A model generated the notes under the pieces. It was not told the origin of the DNA and did no database searches. It saw nothing but the letters and a program-made list of their open reading frames with translations. Positions 51,700 through 64,000 of a stretch of DNA of 64,000 nucleotides are shown here, one piece after another. A program made the position numbers and the translations under genes. This DNA comes from Octopus vulgaris (Eukaryota). Each line of letters begins with the position of its first letter. Positions within the stretch are counted from its first letter, which is position 1. The stretch covers positions 182,280,001 to 182,344,000 of the forward strand of contig OX597816.1 of assembly GCA_951406725.2 (NCBI GenBank), in the 5' to 3' direction.

Positions 51700-52380
51700 C
51701 TTTCTGAATAGTGTATCAAGTGAAAAATTACCTTGAATTCTTTTAATAGTGCAGCCTACCTTATGATGAGCCATGTCTCATGCAACTAATTTCTCGGAAA
51801 AGGTTGCCCAGGTTTGCTATATGCCATAGCAACGAGCTCATTATTATCCTCAATGCAGTCCAGAACTAATTCATATTCTAATCTTTTCTATTTCCATCTT
51901 GTTTCACCCACATGAAAGAAAAGCATTCAGACCTTGTTAATTATTGTGCTATCATCCTTACAAAACTTGAAAATTTCTTCTCTTGAAGTCACTAACAGTA
52001 CATTCAAAGATACTAAAATTAATTGGTAATCTACAAAACAAAATGATTGAAATACATGTCAAAACACCAAAGCTATTTTACTCAATATAACATAAAAGCA
52101 TCCAGGTCAGACCTTTTCCTAAAGTACAAGCCCCAAATTAATTACATGGATCCAAAATGACTACACAAGCTGGACCATATCTTCTTGTGCATTAATCTGT
52201 TCATTTTCCATCTCACCCTTCATCAATAACCATAAACCAATACAAATATATGCAGATGACATACTTCCATTCTTCAGACATTTTATCTGTAGCAGATATC
52301 TCCATTACATCTGCCACTTAACAGCTCATATTGCAATAATGTTTAATGACATCAAAAACAAATCTTAATCACATTATACA
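51700..52380 (+). mobile_element. Highly decayed LINE RT remnant
   Basis: aaagcattc (KAF) near 51920 and tatgcagatgac (YADD) near 52250; no open frame. Confidence 0.35.
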
Positions 52381-52384
52381 GTTA

Positions 52385-53254
52385 TTGACTGCTTGCCCAC
52401 TTACACATTAATTCAAGAGCAGGTTATTCAGTTAGTCAAACAAGTGAATCCTCTTTGTCAAAGGACAAAGATCAACCACCTCCACATACAGTTTGATTTC
52501 CCAATCATTATCAGGTGTTTCATTAGTACCAGGCTCGATTTGAACTAGAAACCATTAAGCCATACAGCACCTAAAAACAATCTCTTTCACTAAAATAAGG
52601 CAACATCACTAATAAAAAAACTTTTATCAAGAAAATTTCAAAGGTTTATAATTTTCCAAATCACTCTATTCTTTAAAGGTCCAACGTATTTTGATATTTA
52701 CAATTACATTTCAATTGGTTTGACCTCATCATAATCAGGTATATTACTGACTGGATTCAAACTAAGAACCTTTATTTCTAAAGTACATGGAACACACTTT
52801 AATCTTTCATCATTTGATACAAGATCACCTCCTCAAATGCCCCCCACTCTCAAAGATTCTTTGCCTTGCAAGTTACTTGGTGATTCCTGCCAATGTTTGA
52901 CATTTGGAAGGGCATCCGACTATACAAACCATGCCAAAACAGATGCAGAGGTCTAGTGCAGTCTTCTGTCTGGCCAGCTCCTGTCACACTGACCAACCCA
53001 TGTCAGCATGGAAGGCAGACGTATGATGATGATGGATCAGTACTCTGGTGGTTGATGCTGTTCTTACTTTTAGTTTAGAAATAAAGGTTTCTAGTTCAAA
53101 TCGAGCCTGGTACTAATGAAACACCTGATAATGATTGGGAAATCAGACTGTATGTGGAGGTGGTTGATCTTTGTCCTTTGACAAAGAGGATTCACTTGTT
53201 TGACTAACTGAATAACCTGCTCTTGAATTAATGTGTAAGTGAGCAAGCAGTCAA
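52385..53254. repeat. 169-bp inverted repeat (52385-52553 / 53086-53254)
   Basis: Two mismatches seen by eye. Confidence 0.9.
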
Positions 53255-54476
53255 ATCACAGACATATGTACCCTTAATGTAATTCTCAGAACCAGTATGA
53301 CACAAAATAGGATGAAGTCACACCATTTGAATTACAAGTACAAGTCACTTAATGGGCAGTTACTACCTTCCTAATATCAGTCACAAGGTATGGGTTGACT
53401 GGAGGCTTTAGAAAATAACATTTATCTAAGAAACCACACAGTGGGATTGAATACCTGACCATGTGCTTGCGAAGCCAACTCCTTAACCATTAAGCCATAC
53501 AGCACCTAAAAAATTGCATGTAACGCAATGAAAAAAAAAAAAATTTTCACCTGTACAGATGAGGTTGGGATTCCTAACTGTATTAACAGCGACTGATATA
53601 AGAAAAATTGGGCTTCTGCATTAGCAGTAAGAAAATACTTGAGGTTTCAAGCTGCTGTTAAATTACAGCTAGTTCTGAATGATTTTGATCAAACCAACTC
53701 TATTCCAGAACCTTCTGGATTTAATTGTATTACATATAACGTTCCTTTCAATTCTTAATACCCAGTCTCAAAACATATCTATTCCACTTTTTGTTTTTAA
53801 AAACTTTGCATCCCACCCCACTTCATCTTCATAGCCTTGCAAACTTCTTGATGGCCTCAGCACATACTGTGAAGTTGTTGGAATTAGGAAGAGCATCCAG
53901 CCACAGAATCCATGCCAAAGCAGTCCTTTGGCCCATCAGAACTTGTCCAGCTCAGGCCAGCATGGATGATGGATTTTAAATTATGATGACTGCATTTGTT
54001 GAACAAAGGCAATGTTAGTAACATGTTTCCAATGGGACAATCGTTGGTCCACAACATTTCTAATGAGAGTGACAAGAGATTGTCAGCAGAATTTGGTGCA
54101 AAAAAATACAAGACATTTTTATTTGAAAGCACTGCGCTTTCATTTTCACACTTCATCCCTACACATTCCAACCCCACCATCGCTATATGTTCCATCCCAC
54201 CCCTTAGACACCACACCGCACACACTAGCACTGACCACTTCCCAGCAGCTACACCATCATCCACACACCTACACATGCACATGCTCTCATATACGCACGC
54301 GCACCTTCGTTTTGGGATCACCACTACTTTATTATCTCCCCTTCTTCTTAGCTCTCCTGTGTGACCCCTCTACCTGGCATTCGCCATGATAGATCGCTAG
54401 CCATTTTTTCTATTTCTCTCCCTGTTTATTTCTGTGTTCCAAGGGGATACACACAGAGAGGACACACAAGGACAGA

Positions 54477-54977
54477 CAAACGGATTAAGTCGATTATATC
54501 GACCCCAGTGCGTAACTGGTACTTATTTAATCGACCCCCAAAAGGATGAAAGGCAAAGTCAACCTCAGCGGAATTTGAATTCAGAACATAGTGGCAGATG
54601 AAATACCGCTAAGCATTTCACCAGGCGTGCTTATGTTTCTGCCAGCTCACCACCTTCTGTGTTCCTTTCTATATGTTAGTGGATTTCGTACATGGAAACC
54701 GAAAGAAGACTGTCGTATACATGTGTATATTTGTGTGTGTCTGTACCGCTACCATCGCTTGACAACCAATGTTGTTGTGTTTACGTCTCCATAAAATAGC
54801 CATTTGGCAAAACACACTGATAGAATAAGTACTAGGCTTACAAAGAATAAATCCTGGGGTCGATTTCTTTGACGACAGGTGATGCTCTATCATGGCTGCA
54901 GCCACATGACCGAAACAAGTAAAACAATAAAAAACTATGCCATTTTAACCCCGAGCAACGCCGGGTATCTTTGCTAG
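54477..54977. mobile_element. SINE B (minus), SINE A 3' part (plus) and Helitron 3' terminus
   Basis: Family motifs; cccgagcaacgccggg..ctagt at 54950-54978. Confidence 0.7.
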
Positions 54978-55772
54978 TATATAATACAACCATACCACAT
55001 TGGATCAAGATATCTTAATACTATTAACTTTCTCTTACAAGAAAATTTCTTGCGTTTAATTTACTTTAGCAGATTCAAAATTTGAAAATCTGAAGACTGT
55101 CTTTAAAAAAGTCATAATGAAGAGATGGGTTTAAAATTCCATGCTAAAACAAATAAGTGCTCAGAAGTGTTCATAAAAACTTAAAGAAGTGCTAAAAAAT
55201 AAGATTGACCGATCGTTCAATTTCGAAGAGACACTGATCACATTTGTAAGTAATAAAATAAAATAACGAGCTTTATTCGCTGTCAGAAAAAAATCACTAT
55301 AATGCTGAAGTGAGAACTAAACCTATAAAAAAAAAGAGCAAAAAACAACAAGGGAAATAACTTCGAATGACTTTATCAACAGAAATGTAGCTTTCGGCTT
55401 TGCTTGATGGAATGCTAGCAATATTGACTTCATATAGTGAATTGACTTTTCTTGTTATATAAAGGTAAGGTGAAACTAAAAGACATGAAAGCTGAATCAA
55501 GGAATTTTTTTTCCCATTTGTAGAAAGTAATATAATTTCATTAAAATCTGTGACTGAATGTGCTGGGCTATAGTTTAAAATCTCATTTCAAATCTTGTTA
55601 CAATTATATGCATGACGTAATTAGTTTGCTTGCTTCTATTTGTATAAACCGAATAAAAAAAACCACTTAAATGATAGAAAGATAAATTAGAAAACAATTC
55701 TAGTCTGCAAGTCAAACAAATTAAATAAATAAATACATTGAAGTATAAATATTCATAGAATAGATTACTTAC

Positions 55773-55842
55773 GTTAAAGTTTCCTTAAAAGAATTGTTAG
55801 AAGGCACAAGTAGCAGAGAGCACAAATCTTGAACCTGTTCGT
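55773..55842 (-). CDS. TICRR: Treslin/TICRR exon 3 (70 nt)
   Basis: tctttcag|AC...TTAAC|gtaagt. Open frame DEQVQDLCSLLLVPSNNSFKETL; phase 1 in and phase 2 out bridges exons 2 and 4 exactly. Confidence 0.75.
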
Positions 55843-57647
55843 CTGAAAGACAGCAAGAAAGACCAAGTTAATAGAGTTTAACGATGAGAATGAAAGTTTA
55901 AAACTTCAGAATTTAATAGTTTATACAATAGGAGTAATGATCTCAAGTTCAAATTCATGACCTCCACATCAGACAGTGATTGGTGGAGAGAACATGCTGA
56001 GGTTTTCATCCAGTAGGCAACTGAATCAAATTGAATCCAATAAAAGTAGTGAAATTTAATGCCTTCTCTTTCAACATCAATTATCGTTAATGCATAGCAA
56101 ATAGTTGTTTGTTTATTACCTCTTTTGTTACTGTAGTTCTGTCTGCGTTTCAATTTTTTAAATAATGAAGAATTTAGTAAAATAACTGTAATTATTAAGA
56201 TAGTGTTTGGAACATTAATTATTAGGAAATTTTGATGAAAGGTTTTAATTTAGATCACTTTAAAATAGGAAGTTTGTATTATAGAGACAGGGGCAGTTCC
56301 AGACAGGTGAATAAATGAAAAGGCATTACATTATTAATAATGGCAAGAAATACACTGGTAATGGGACACTAATTTAATATTAAAGCTAATATATTATCAC
56401 ATCATCATCATTAAATGTTCATTGTCCATGCTGGCATGGGTTGGATTGTTTGACCAGAACTGGCAAGCTACAACACACTCCAGTCTGAACTTGGCTTGGT
56501 TTCTATGGCTGGCTGCTTTTACATGGCATCATCATGAATGCTCTACACCACCAGAAGGACTGATCTTAACACTTCTGCAGAGTTTGAGTCTTCTTCAGTA
56601 CAGCAAGGCACCAGACACCTTCGTCCTTTGTCATCTCGCCTGACCACAGTTCATGGAAATACTGCTTTCTAATTTTTTGGGCCAGCAATTTTGGGAGGAG
56701 GAGTTCAGTTGATTACATTAACCAGCTGGTATTTATTTTATCGGCACAAGAAAATGAAAGGTAAAGTTTACCACTGCAGAATTTGGACTCAGAAAGTAAA
56801 GACAGACAAAATGCCACCGAGTCTGCCAGATGCAATCTTAAAAAGTTTGTGGAAATATTGATTGTTAAACATTGGTCCAAGCTCAGGCATTTAATGGAAG
56901 AATACAGTTCATTATAATGACTTCAGCGAGATTTGAACTTAGAATGTATAGAGATGTAAGTCAGTACTGTAAGGCATTTAATCTACTGTTTCTTCCACTA
57001 ACCACTTCGATATAATATAATGAAATAGAGTTCTAACAAAAGTACAACCCACAAATTTTGGAGGATGATCATTAAGTGACACATGATGACTGGTAATAAA
57101 GATGAGAGATGGAGCCAGACGGTGGTAGGTATAAACAGCAAGTGGCTTGAGAAGAGGAAGTGAAGACGGGTGATGATGAAAAGCATCAGATAAGAACAGT
57201 TCCTCATACATAGGTGCCTTGATGGTGGTAGAGGTAGAGTGATCGAGACGGTGGTGGAATATGCATAAGTTCAATGCTATCTCTCATTGAATGGACAAAG
57301 TGCAATGAACAGGAGAGGGCGACAGAGAGATGAGAAATGGACAAATTCATTGCCATCTCTAGTTACACATGCAGAGCAGGACAGTGGAGAGAAGAAGCCC
57401 ACTGCTATCTCTTACTACACAGGCAGCATAGAACAATAGATACAAGCAAGATTTTTCTTCCCTCTGATTGACAAATTTTACCATCCACCCACCTTTTACT
57501 AAGTAAATATAATCTTCCACTAAGTTGTCCCCTTTCTTTATTTTGTTAACTGTAGAAACAAACTACAAAAAGGAACAAGGATATTTTATCAACTGTGAAA
57601 GAAAATAAATATGAAAACGAACAATAATATTTAAGTGAGAAGCTTAC

Positions 57648-58098
57648 CTTTGTGATAAGTTAATCTAGCCTGAATGGAGCCTAAGCTACTTGGGTTGCAA
57701 ATTTGGCTGGAATTGTTAACTGGTGTAACACTAGAGTTGTTTGGTTTGGAGATGAAATAGTCAAGTAAACAGGTTACAGGGAGGATACATCTTGATGGTT
57801 GATTATAACATATGTTACCAATACTATCTGGAGAATGAGGGATATCATTGATTTTTGGTGTGTCTTCCTTATCATCTGTACCACTCATACTTTGGAAACC
57901 TGCAGGCTGTTCACTTGGTTTTGGATGTTCATTTTTTGTTAGAGAAGACTTTTCCTCAATCTGCCTTGTAACTGTATGTACAGAGGACCAGTATGTTTTG
58001 CCAGTATTTACTAAGGCATCTAATGGAATAAGTTTTCCTCCAAGTTGAGTTAAAGCTTCAGATACAATATTGATTGAATCTGCCATTTCCCTGGAAAT
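57648..58098 (-). CDS. TICRR: Treslin/TICRR exon 2
   Basis: Acceptor tttttag|ATT TCC AGG GAA ATG (phase 0). ALTQLGGKLIPLDALV is Treslin-like. Donor AAAG|gtaagc, phase 1. Confidence 0.8.
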
Positions 58099-58569
58099 CT
58101 AAAAAGATTAAGATATTTAAAAGAAATTGAACACTGCTGTTATTTATAACTTTCCCATACACACACCAAACTCTTCACCTCTTTGTTGCTAGATTGCTTT
58201 TGAAATGCACTGCTGTTATTTCCACTAACTTTGAAAATAGCAACAAACTTTAGAGTTTGGAACATAAATTAACATGAAATTTTGAGGGAAGGTCCTTAAA
58301 TCACATTAACCCTTCTGCATTTAAACCAAATATTGTACCTGTTTTATGTTCAAACCAGCAAGATCTGGTCCACAAGGCCATTCTAAAAATAACCATATCC
58401 TCAAAATCTTAAAGTTACGAAATAATGCAGCATTAATTAAAAAATAATGTGAATAAATAAGCATCATATTTGACAGAGTGATCTGAAAGCTCAAGTTTGT
58501 ATTAAGGAACCAGAGTTGGTCTTGGACAGGTTTGTATCAAAAGCATTAAGGAACAGTGTCATATAACTA

Positions 58570-59030
58570 GCTCTTGTGCTGAGGGCACATTAAAAGCACC
58601 CTTTGAACGTTGGGCAGTATACCATGCTTGAGAAGACCCATCAAGCCACAGGAAATTGTAGTTGCAACTGATGCCAGTGTTGCGTAACTGGCACCCATGC
58701 TGGTGGCCCGTAAAAGGCACCCTTTCAACTTTGGGCCTCACAGAGGCAGTGACAAGTGGCCAAGACCTCTGGCAATATACTGTGTTTGAGAAGACTTGTG
58801 AAGCCAAGTGAGGCTGTAGTCATGGCTAATGATGGTGTTTCACAACTGGTACCTGTGCTGGTGGTGTGTAAAAAGCACCCACTACACTCTTGGAATGGTT
58901 GGCATGAGGAAGGGCATCCAGCTGTAGAAACCATGCCAAATCAGATTGGAACCTGGTGCAGCTCCCCAGTTTACCAACCATAAAACTCATGTCAACACAG
59001 AAAATGGATGTTAAATGTGGATGGTGACTG
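58570..59030 (+). mobile_element. Diverged RTE 3' UTR fragment
   Basis: taaaagcaccc modules and gaagggcatccagctgtagaaac. Confidence 0.7.
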
Positions 59031-59261
59031 TGAGTTCAAATTTATATTTGAATGCTGAAACTTCACATATTACAAGTATTACTTTCACTTTTCTAGTCTC
59101 AAGTAAGTGTTGACTGAGGATTGAAAAAGTGATTCTAGTAGTTGTAATACAGTTTCAAAATATATTGGCTATGCTGAGTTATATATATATACACACATAC
59201 ACACGACTGATTTTACTCAATTTCCAGGTACCCAATAAACTCAAAATACATACACACACTC

Positions 59262-59317
<56 letters not shown>

Positions 59318-59596
59318 GAGTGTGTGTATGTATATGTTTGTTCCCCCAACATCGCTTGGCAACCAATGCTGTGTTTACGACAAAAGAGACTGATAGAATA
59401 AGTACTGGGCTTACAAAGAATAAGTCCCGGGGTCGATTTGCTCGACTAAAGGCGGTGCTCCAGCATGGCCACAGTCACGACTGAAACAAGTATATATATA
59501 TATATAATAAATATTAGGGAATAAATCCAAATTTACAGGGAAAAAATCAGATTTAGGATTAAATCCAATTTTATAGTAAAATATTATATAATATTA

Positions 59597-59746
59597 ATTA
59601 GAGACAAAACCACTATTTTGCAAAACAAACAAGGAAAGACTTAATCAATACATAAAATTTTAATAAATTTTGACTTTTTATTAAAATTTTATGTATTGAT
59701 TAAGTCTTTCCTTGTTTGTTTTGCAAAATAGTGGTTTTGTCTCTAA

Positions 59747-59747
<1 letters not shown>
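59597..59747. repeat. Perfect 71-bp palindrome with 9-nt loop
   Basis: 59597-59667 is the reverse complement of 59677-59747. Confidence 0.92.
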
Positions 59748-59786
<39 letters not shown>

Positions 59787-61160
59787 CATGCCAGCACGGA
59801 AGGCGGTCGTTAAACGATGATGATGGTATATATATACAGAATGTGTCCTGGTGTTGACACCATGTCATATAGATTATGTTCGTTTCTCGTCTTCCGTGAA
59901 AAACATGTCTAGCCACGGGGATCAGTTACTTTGCTCGGAAACAGGTAGGGGTTGTCAACAAGGGCATCCAGTCGTAGAAAATCAGCTTTTACAAATTCCG
60001 TGTGACACATATGCAAGCATGAAAAAGTGGATAAGGAGTTTACAGGACTACAATAAAGAGGGAAAGTATTCAATGAGAAAAGTTTAGAAAACAAAAAGAG
60101 AGAAAAAAACGTTTTCACTCTCCAAGTACCGATTTCTTTCATAAACAAATAAGTTGATTTGTTATTGGGCTCCTAGACTGAACAACTGCATGATCTTTAC
60201 ATCGTGACCAACTACTCTCACTTATTTTTTCTAGATATAGTGTATCTTGGACTACTTTACTGAATACGCCCTTCTCTCTTTCTTTTAAAGAGGTTAAGTA
60301 TGGATCCGAGAGTAATTTGACTGCTATTTCTAGCTAGCCGAGTGACACGTATAAGCCCCTCTACTCACCCACGTTAGCCTTGTTACCCAATCATGTGAAA
60401 AGTTATTAACAGTTGACAAACCAAATTCTAGTCAAGAACTCGTTTAAAAATTGCTGAGTCTTAACAGAAACCATTAACATTTGAAATAATAGACTTTTTT
60501 TTTTAAAAGTGTGTGTGTGGATTGTAGGTGGTAGAAAGAGGTCTCTGGTTTAAGAATCAATATATTTATCCCAATACATCATAATTGACACAAAACTTAA
60601 GAAGATAAATGGTTTATGAAAAACAATAGTTGAGCATTTTCAGAGAGATTTTAATCCAGTCAACACAAGGCCCGCAATTTTAGGTGGAGAAAGGTTAGAA
60701 GATACCATCGACCCCAGTACTTAACTTGTACTTAATTTTATGAACTCCAGAGAAGAGGGCTGAAGGGTAAAATTGACTACAGCCGAATTTGAACTGAGAT
60801 TGTATAGAACCAGAAGAAAGCATTTAGGGGCCAAATAAGTTAGCTCTTCGTTTTCACCTGACCTGGTAAGAATAGTAAACAAATCTACTAGAAATCAGAT
60901 CTGACCATCTTGTAATGTTGTCAGGTATAATGCACACTGCCTTAGAAAATACTAATCCTGAAAAATAAGCGGAGGTTAAGTACAGTTGGGGACCTTTAAA
61001 GGCCTGCCCGATCGAGTGTGACTGAGGGTTAATCAGAAAAATATCTTTTATTAAAATTAGCTTTAATTATAGGTCTGTGTGATCAGGGGCAACTTGGAGG
61101 AAAGTGGAAAAACAATAACAAACAACAACAACAATAATATTAATAATAATAATTTCTTGC

Positions 61161-62150
61161 CTTTTCCTCATGCTTTAACCAATCTTGGTCAACCCAATAA
61201 AGTGATAGGTTCCGATTTACTCGAAATTCTCTAAACAGAGCCGGAGGCATGAACGAGTCCAAAAACACTTCTGAATCAACAACAAGTTTAGCAGCGAAGC
61301 CTTTGAATTCCATTTTAGATGTCGGGCATTTCTGGAAAAGAAAGACTAGGTTGTGTGGAGAAATCTCACTTGAAACAACGGCACTGTGTTTTCTGGAAGA
61401 CCGAATACTACTCCTTCCGATCTTCCTGGCAGGAGATGTGATGTCTGGACTTTCCCAATGGAAGTCGTAGACAGCGTAGGATAAAGTCCTTTTCAAACAT
61501 TCAGCTGCTGATGGAGTGTTTGACTTCCTCTTTTCGGAAGAATCTCCACTGTTGACCTTGTTGTCAACTTTACTCCCTGAATGGGTCGGCGAACCTTCGA
61601 ACTCTCTTTGTAATTCTTTTTCGAATTCTTCGAAATGTCTAAGTTTGAAATCGTTGAATTTGTGATGTTCAGTCTTACCGGTAAGTTTTCCAGAATCAAA
61701 AAGTTTATAGCCCCACTGGAGCGATGCCTGTTTTCGTTTCAAATACACGATCTGTTGACTCTGTTCCTTTAAGTTTTCGGCCGAACAGTCATTCGGATCG
61801 TTACACTGGTTACTATTACCAACTAAATGATTAACAGCACCGCTTAAACGACTGTTTAAATTTGAACTGATATCCCTAGCAGAGCTTGAGGTGTCGTGAT
61901 CTGAAGTAAGGTGAGGTTGAATCTGTGAAAACAGATAAGAAAGAATACGAAATGATGAGGCAGATATGGATTTCCATGTGTATGATTTCGGTGGATGACA
62001 ACAGCAATTAGGAGACGAAACCTCACTGAATTTATGACTGGAATTCTTCTGTTGACTTCTTTCACTATTGTTAGATGCAGGACAAATATTTTTCAGTGAT
62101 TTATCAATAAGAAAAACCACTTGATATTTCTGACGGCCGTCGATATTCAT
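61161..62150 (-). CDS. TICRR: Treslin/TICRR exon 1 (N-terminal domain)
   Basis: ATG at 62150. VVFLID...RILSYL...QWGYKLFDS...FEEFEKEL and LVFLFQKCP...LSLYWVD resemble the Treslin N-terminus as I recall it (VMLLLD..LLTYL..WAFKFFDS..WEDFEEEL). Ends AAG|gcaaga, phase 0 (990 nt). Confidence 0.85.
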
Positions 62151-62350
62151 TTCTCTCAGTTTATCACAGATACAGAAGATTAAATCAACACGAAGTTAAA
62201 GTTTTCCTGTTTGTTTACACATGTTATACATCAAAATCCATTTTAAGTAATACGTATTCATAAAAGCACAAACTTACAAACAATTTTCAGTGAAAAAAAA
62301 CAAGACAAATATTTCCAGCTCGAAGAGAAATCAAAATTCGTGAAAAGAAA

Positions 62351-62401
62351 TTCCCGCTGTTGAACAATCCCACAATGCTTTGCGAAAAGACAGAGACCAA
62401 T
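62351..62401. promoter_or_regulatory. Putative TICRR proximal promoter: E2F site, ZNF143/Staf-type site, CCAAT box
   Basis: TTCCCGC (62351-62357), TCCCACAATGCTTTGCG (62368-62384) and CCAAT (62397-62401), 200-250 bp upstream of the ATG. Confidence 0.55.
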
Positions 62402-62689
62402 TTTCAGCCGCTATAGTTCCGTATTTGCTCGGTGATAAATTAATCCATTGTGAAGTAGATTATATACATTTACAATTTATTTTGACAACTGACAAATAAT
62501 GCTTATAAGAATTATTCTTTCTTAAAGTAAAGAATACTTTCAGCATATATGAGAGAATTTTCTGGCATTTATTAGTCCCATTTTAAAATTCGCCAGCTGA
62601 CTTTGACTCTGGTTTTCAACTTCGTTCTATATGACTTGTGCAGTTCCATTTAAGATTTTGTTGTTAAAATATATTTGCAATAAGTTATA

Positions 62690-63039
62690 CCGTATATACT
62701 CAGCTATAAGTCGCACTTTTTTTCCCTGAAATTTTCACCTAAAGTTGCGGGTATGACTATAAAAATTTCTAAGATTTTTTTCGGGAAGACTTCCGCCCTT
62801 TCCCCCGCCATTTTCTCCCAAATTTGCTTATTTAAGTTTTTCTTTTCTTTTTTTTTTTTGCCAAAAACTGCTGTTTCCGGATACGGAGATTCCGGAAAAT
62901 TGCCAAAAATCGGTAGTGTTAAATGCCCCCCCCCTCTCCGCCCCAAATTCTTCAATTTTTACTTTTTTCCCTAACCCTAACCTTATAAGTCTAGAGTGCA
63001 TCTTATAGGCAAAGGTGTTTTATAGTCGAGTATATAAGG
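62690..63039. mobile_element. pogo/Tigger-like MITE
   Basis: TA-flanked TIRs ccgtatatactcagctataa / ttatagtcgagtatataagg; a related left end starts at 63398. Confidence 0.7.
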
Positions 63040-63683
63040 TACTTCTCCAAAACACTTGATGTTTTAACAATTTTTTAAAATAAAAATCCTAATAATATTT
63101 AATTATAAAAATACAATAGGAGTTTTTTTAAATATCAAATCTCTATGAGGGTCCTTCTGAGTAAAATAGAAATCAAAGGGGTAGGCAAAAAATGGTAGAG
63201 AAACACCAGTCTATAGTGAACAAATTTGAGGTTGATTTTAAAACATGTTGCATTACATCTAATGTACATGACCTTTTATCTGTGACTGATTGGCAAAATT
63301 AGTAAGTTCAAATACTACTTGGTTTGACTTTAATTTTCAGTCTTCCAATGTAAAAAGAAAAGTAGTAATCAGGTACTGAAGTAAATTAAAACAACTACCG
63401 TAAATCCTCGAGCATAATCCGCATTTTCCCCCAAAATTTTAAGGTCAAAATCCCTAGTGCGTACTATATACGAGGTTAAAAATGAAAATTATTTTCTAAG
63501 CAATGCCCAAGTCTCTATTTGCTGTCCGGCAATGTTTATTTAGACACATTTTGGGATGTCGGGCGCATGTAATGCATATGAATGAAGACAGTTGCATCAA
63601 GAGGTGCTAATCTCTAATTGTGGAGAGGATATGTGGAAGGAATATTTTTTTTTTTCAATATTCACCGGCATTTGTTTAGAATT

Positions 63684-63834
63684 ATCCGAAAGGATGAAAG
63701 GCAAAGTCGACATCGGCGGAATTTGAACTCAGAACTGTCAGCTCGTAGAAATTTACTTAACATTCTTTTCTACGAGCTGGATTTTCTGGGTTAAAATTCC
63801 ACCGAGGTCGACTTTGCCTTTCATCCTTTCGGAT
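63684..63834. repeat. Inverted pair of SINE family B fragments forming a ~68-bp hairpin
   Basis: atccgaaaggatgaaaggcaaagtcgac... / ...gtcgactttgcctttcatcctttcggat. Confidence 0.85.
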
Positions 63835-63855
63835 GTATACATATATATATATATG

Positions 63856-63921
<66 letters not shown>

Positions 63922-64000
63922 TACATATATATATGTATACATATATATATATATGTATACATATATATATAAAATCCTTAAATCCTTAAAAATGTTTTAG

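Noticed and set aside
53551-53660. Possible extra TICRR exon ending CAG|gtgaaa
   Set aside because: The phase-0 frame meets a stop before any acceptor, and exons 3 and 4 already join in phase.
62969-62982. Telomeric (CCCTAA)n seed
   Set aside because: Only about two units, internal to a MITE.

Overview
Eukaryotic, AT-rich and very repeat-dense DNA. The SINE/LINE families and (TA)n/(CA)n runs point to a cephalopod (Octopus-like) genome; this is inference. Two convergent spliced genes can be built by hand. (1) On the minus strand, a 7-exon TICRR/Treslin orthologue (62150->39395, 5001-nt CDS, about 1666 aa, every splice phase compatible) with a probable GC-AG first intron and an E2F + ZNF143/Staf-type promoter. 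(2) On the plus strand, an unrecognised protein of about 192 aa built from two copies of a ~60-aa helical domain (exons 18648-19015 and 35791-36011). Its 16.8-kb intron holds RTE LINEs, a decayed tRNA-Leu-primed Gypsy element, a CR1-type LINE and a Helitron. The rest is mariner/Tc1/Chapaev-like/Helitron remnants, three tRNA-SINE families and satellites. The most unusual object is a 495-bp, TSD-flanked fold-back element (12588-13082) combining a tRNA-like Pol III head with a Penelope-type minimal hammerhead ribozyme, i.e. a retrozyme-like SINE. Further candidate ribozymes, a SINE/LINE tail partnership, a stacked SINE array and several long inverted repeats inside transcripts are also reported. 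All calls are by eye; no searches or folding programs were run.
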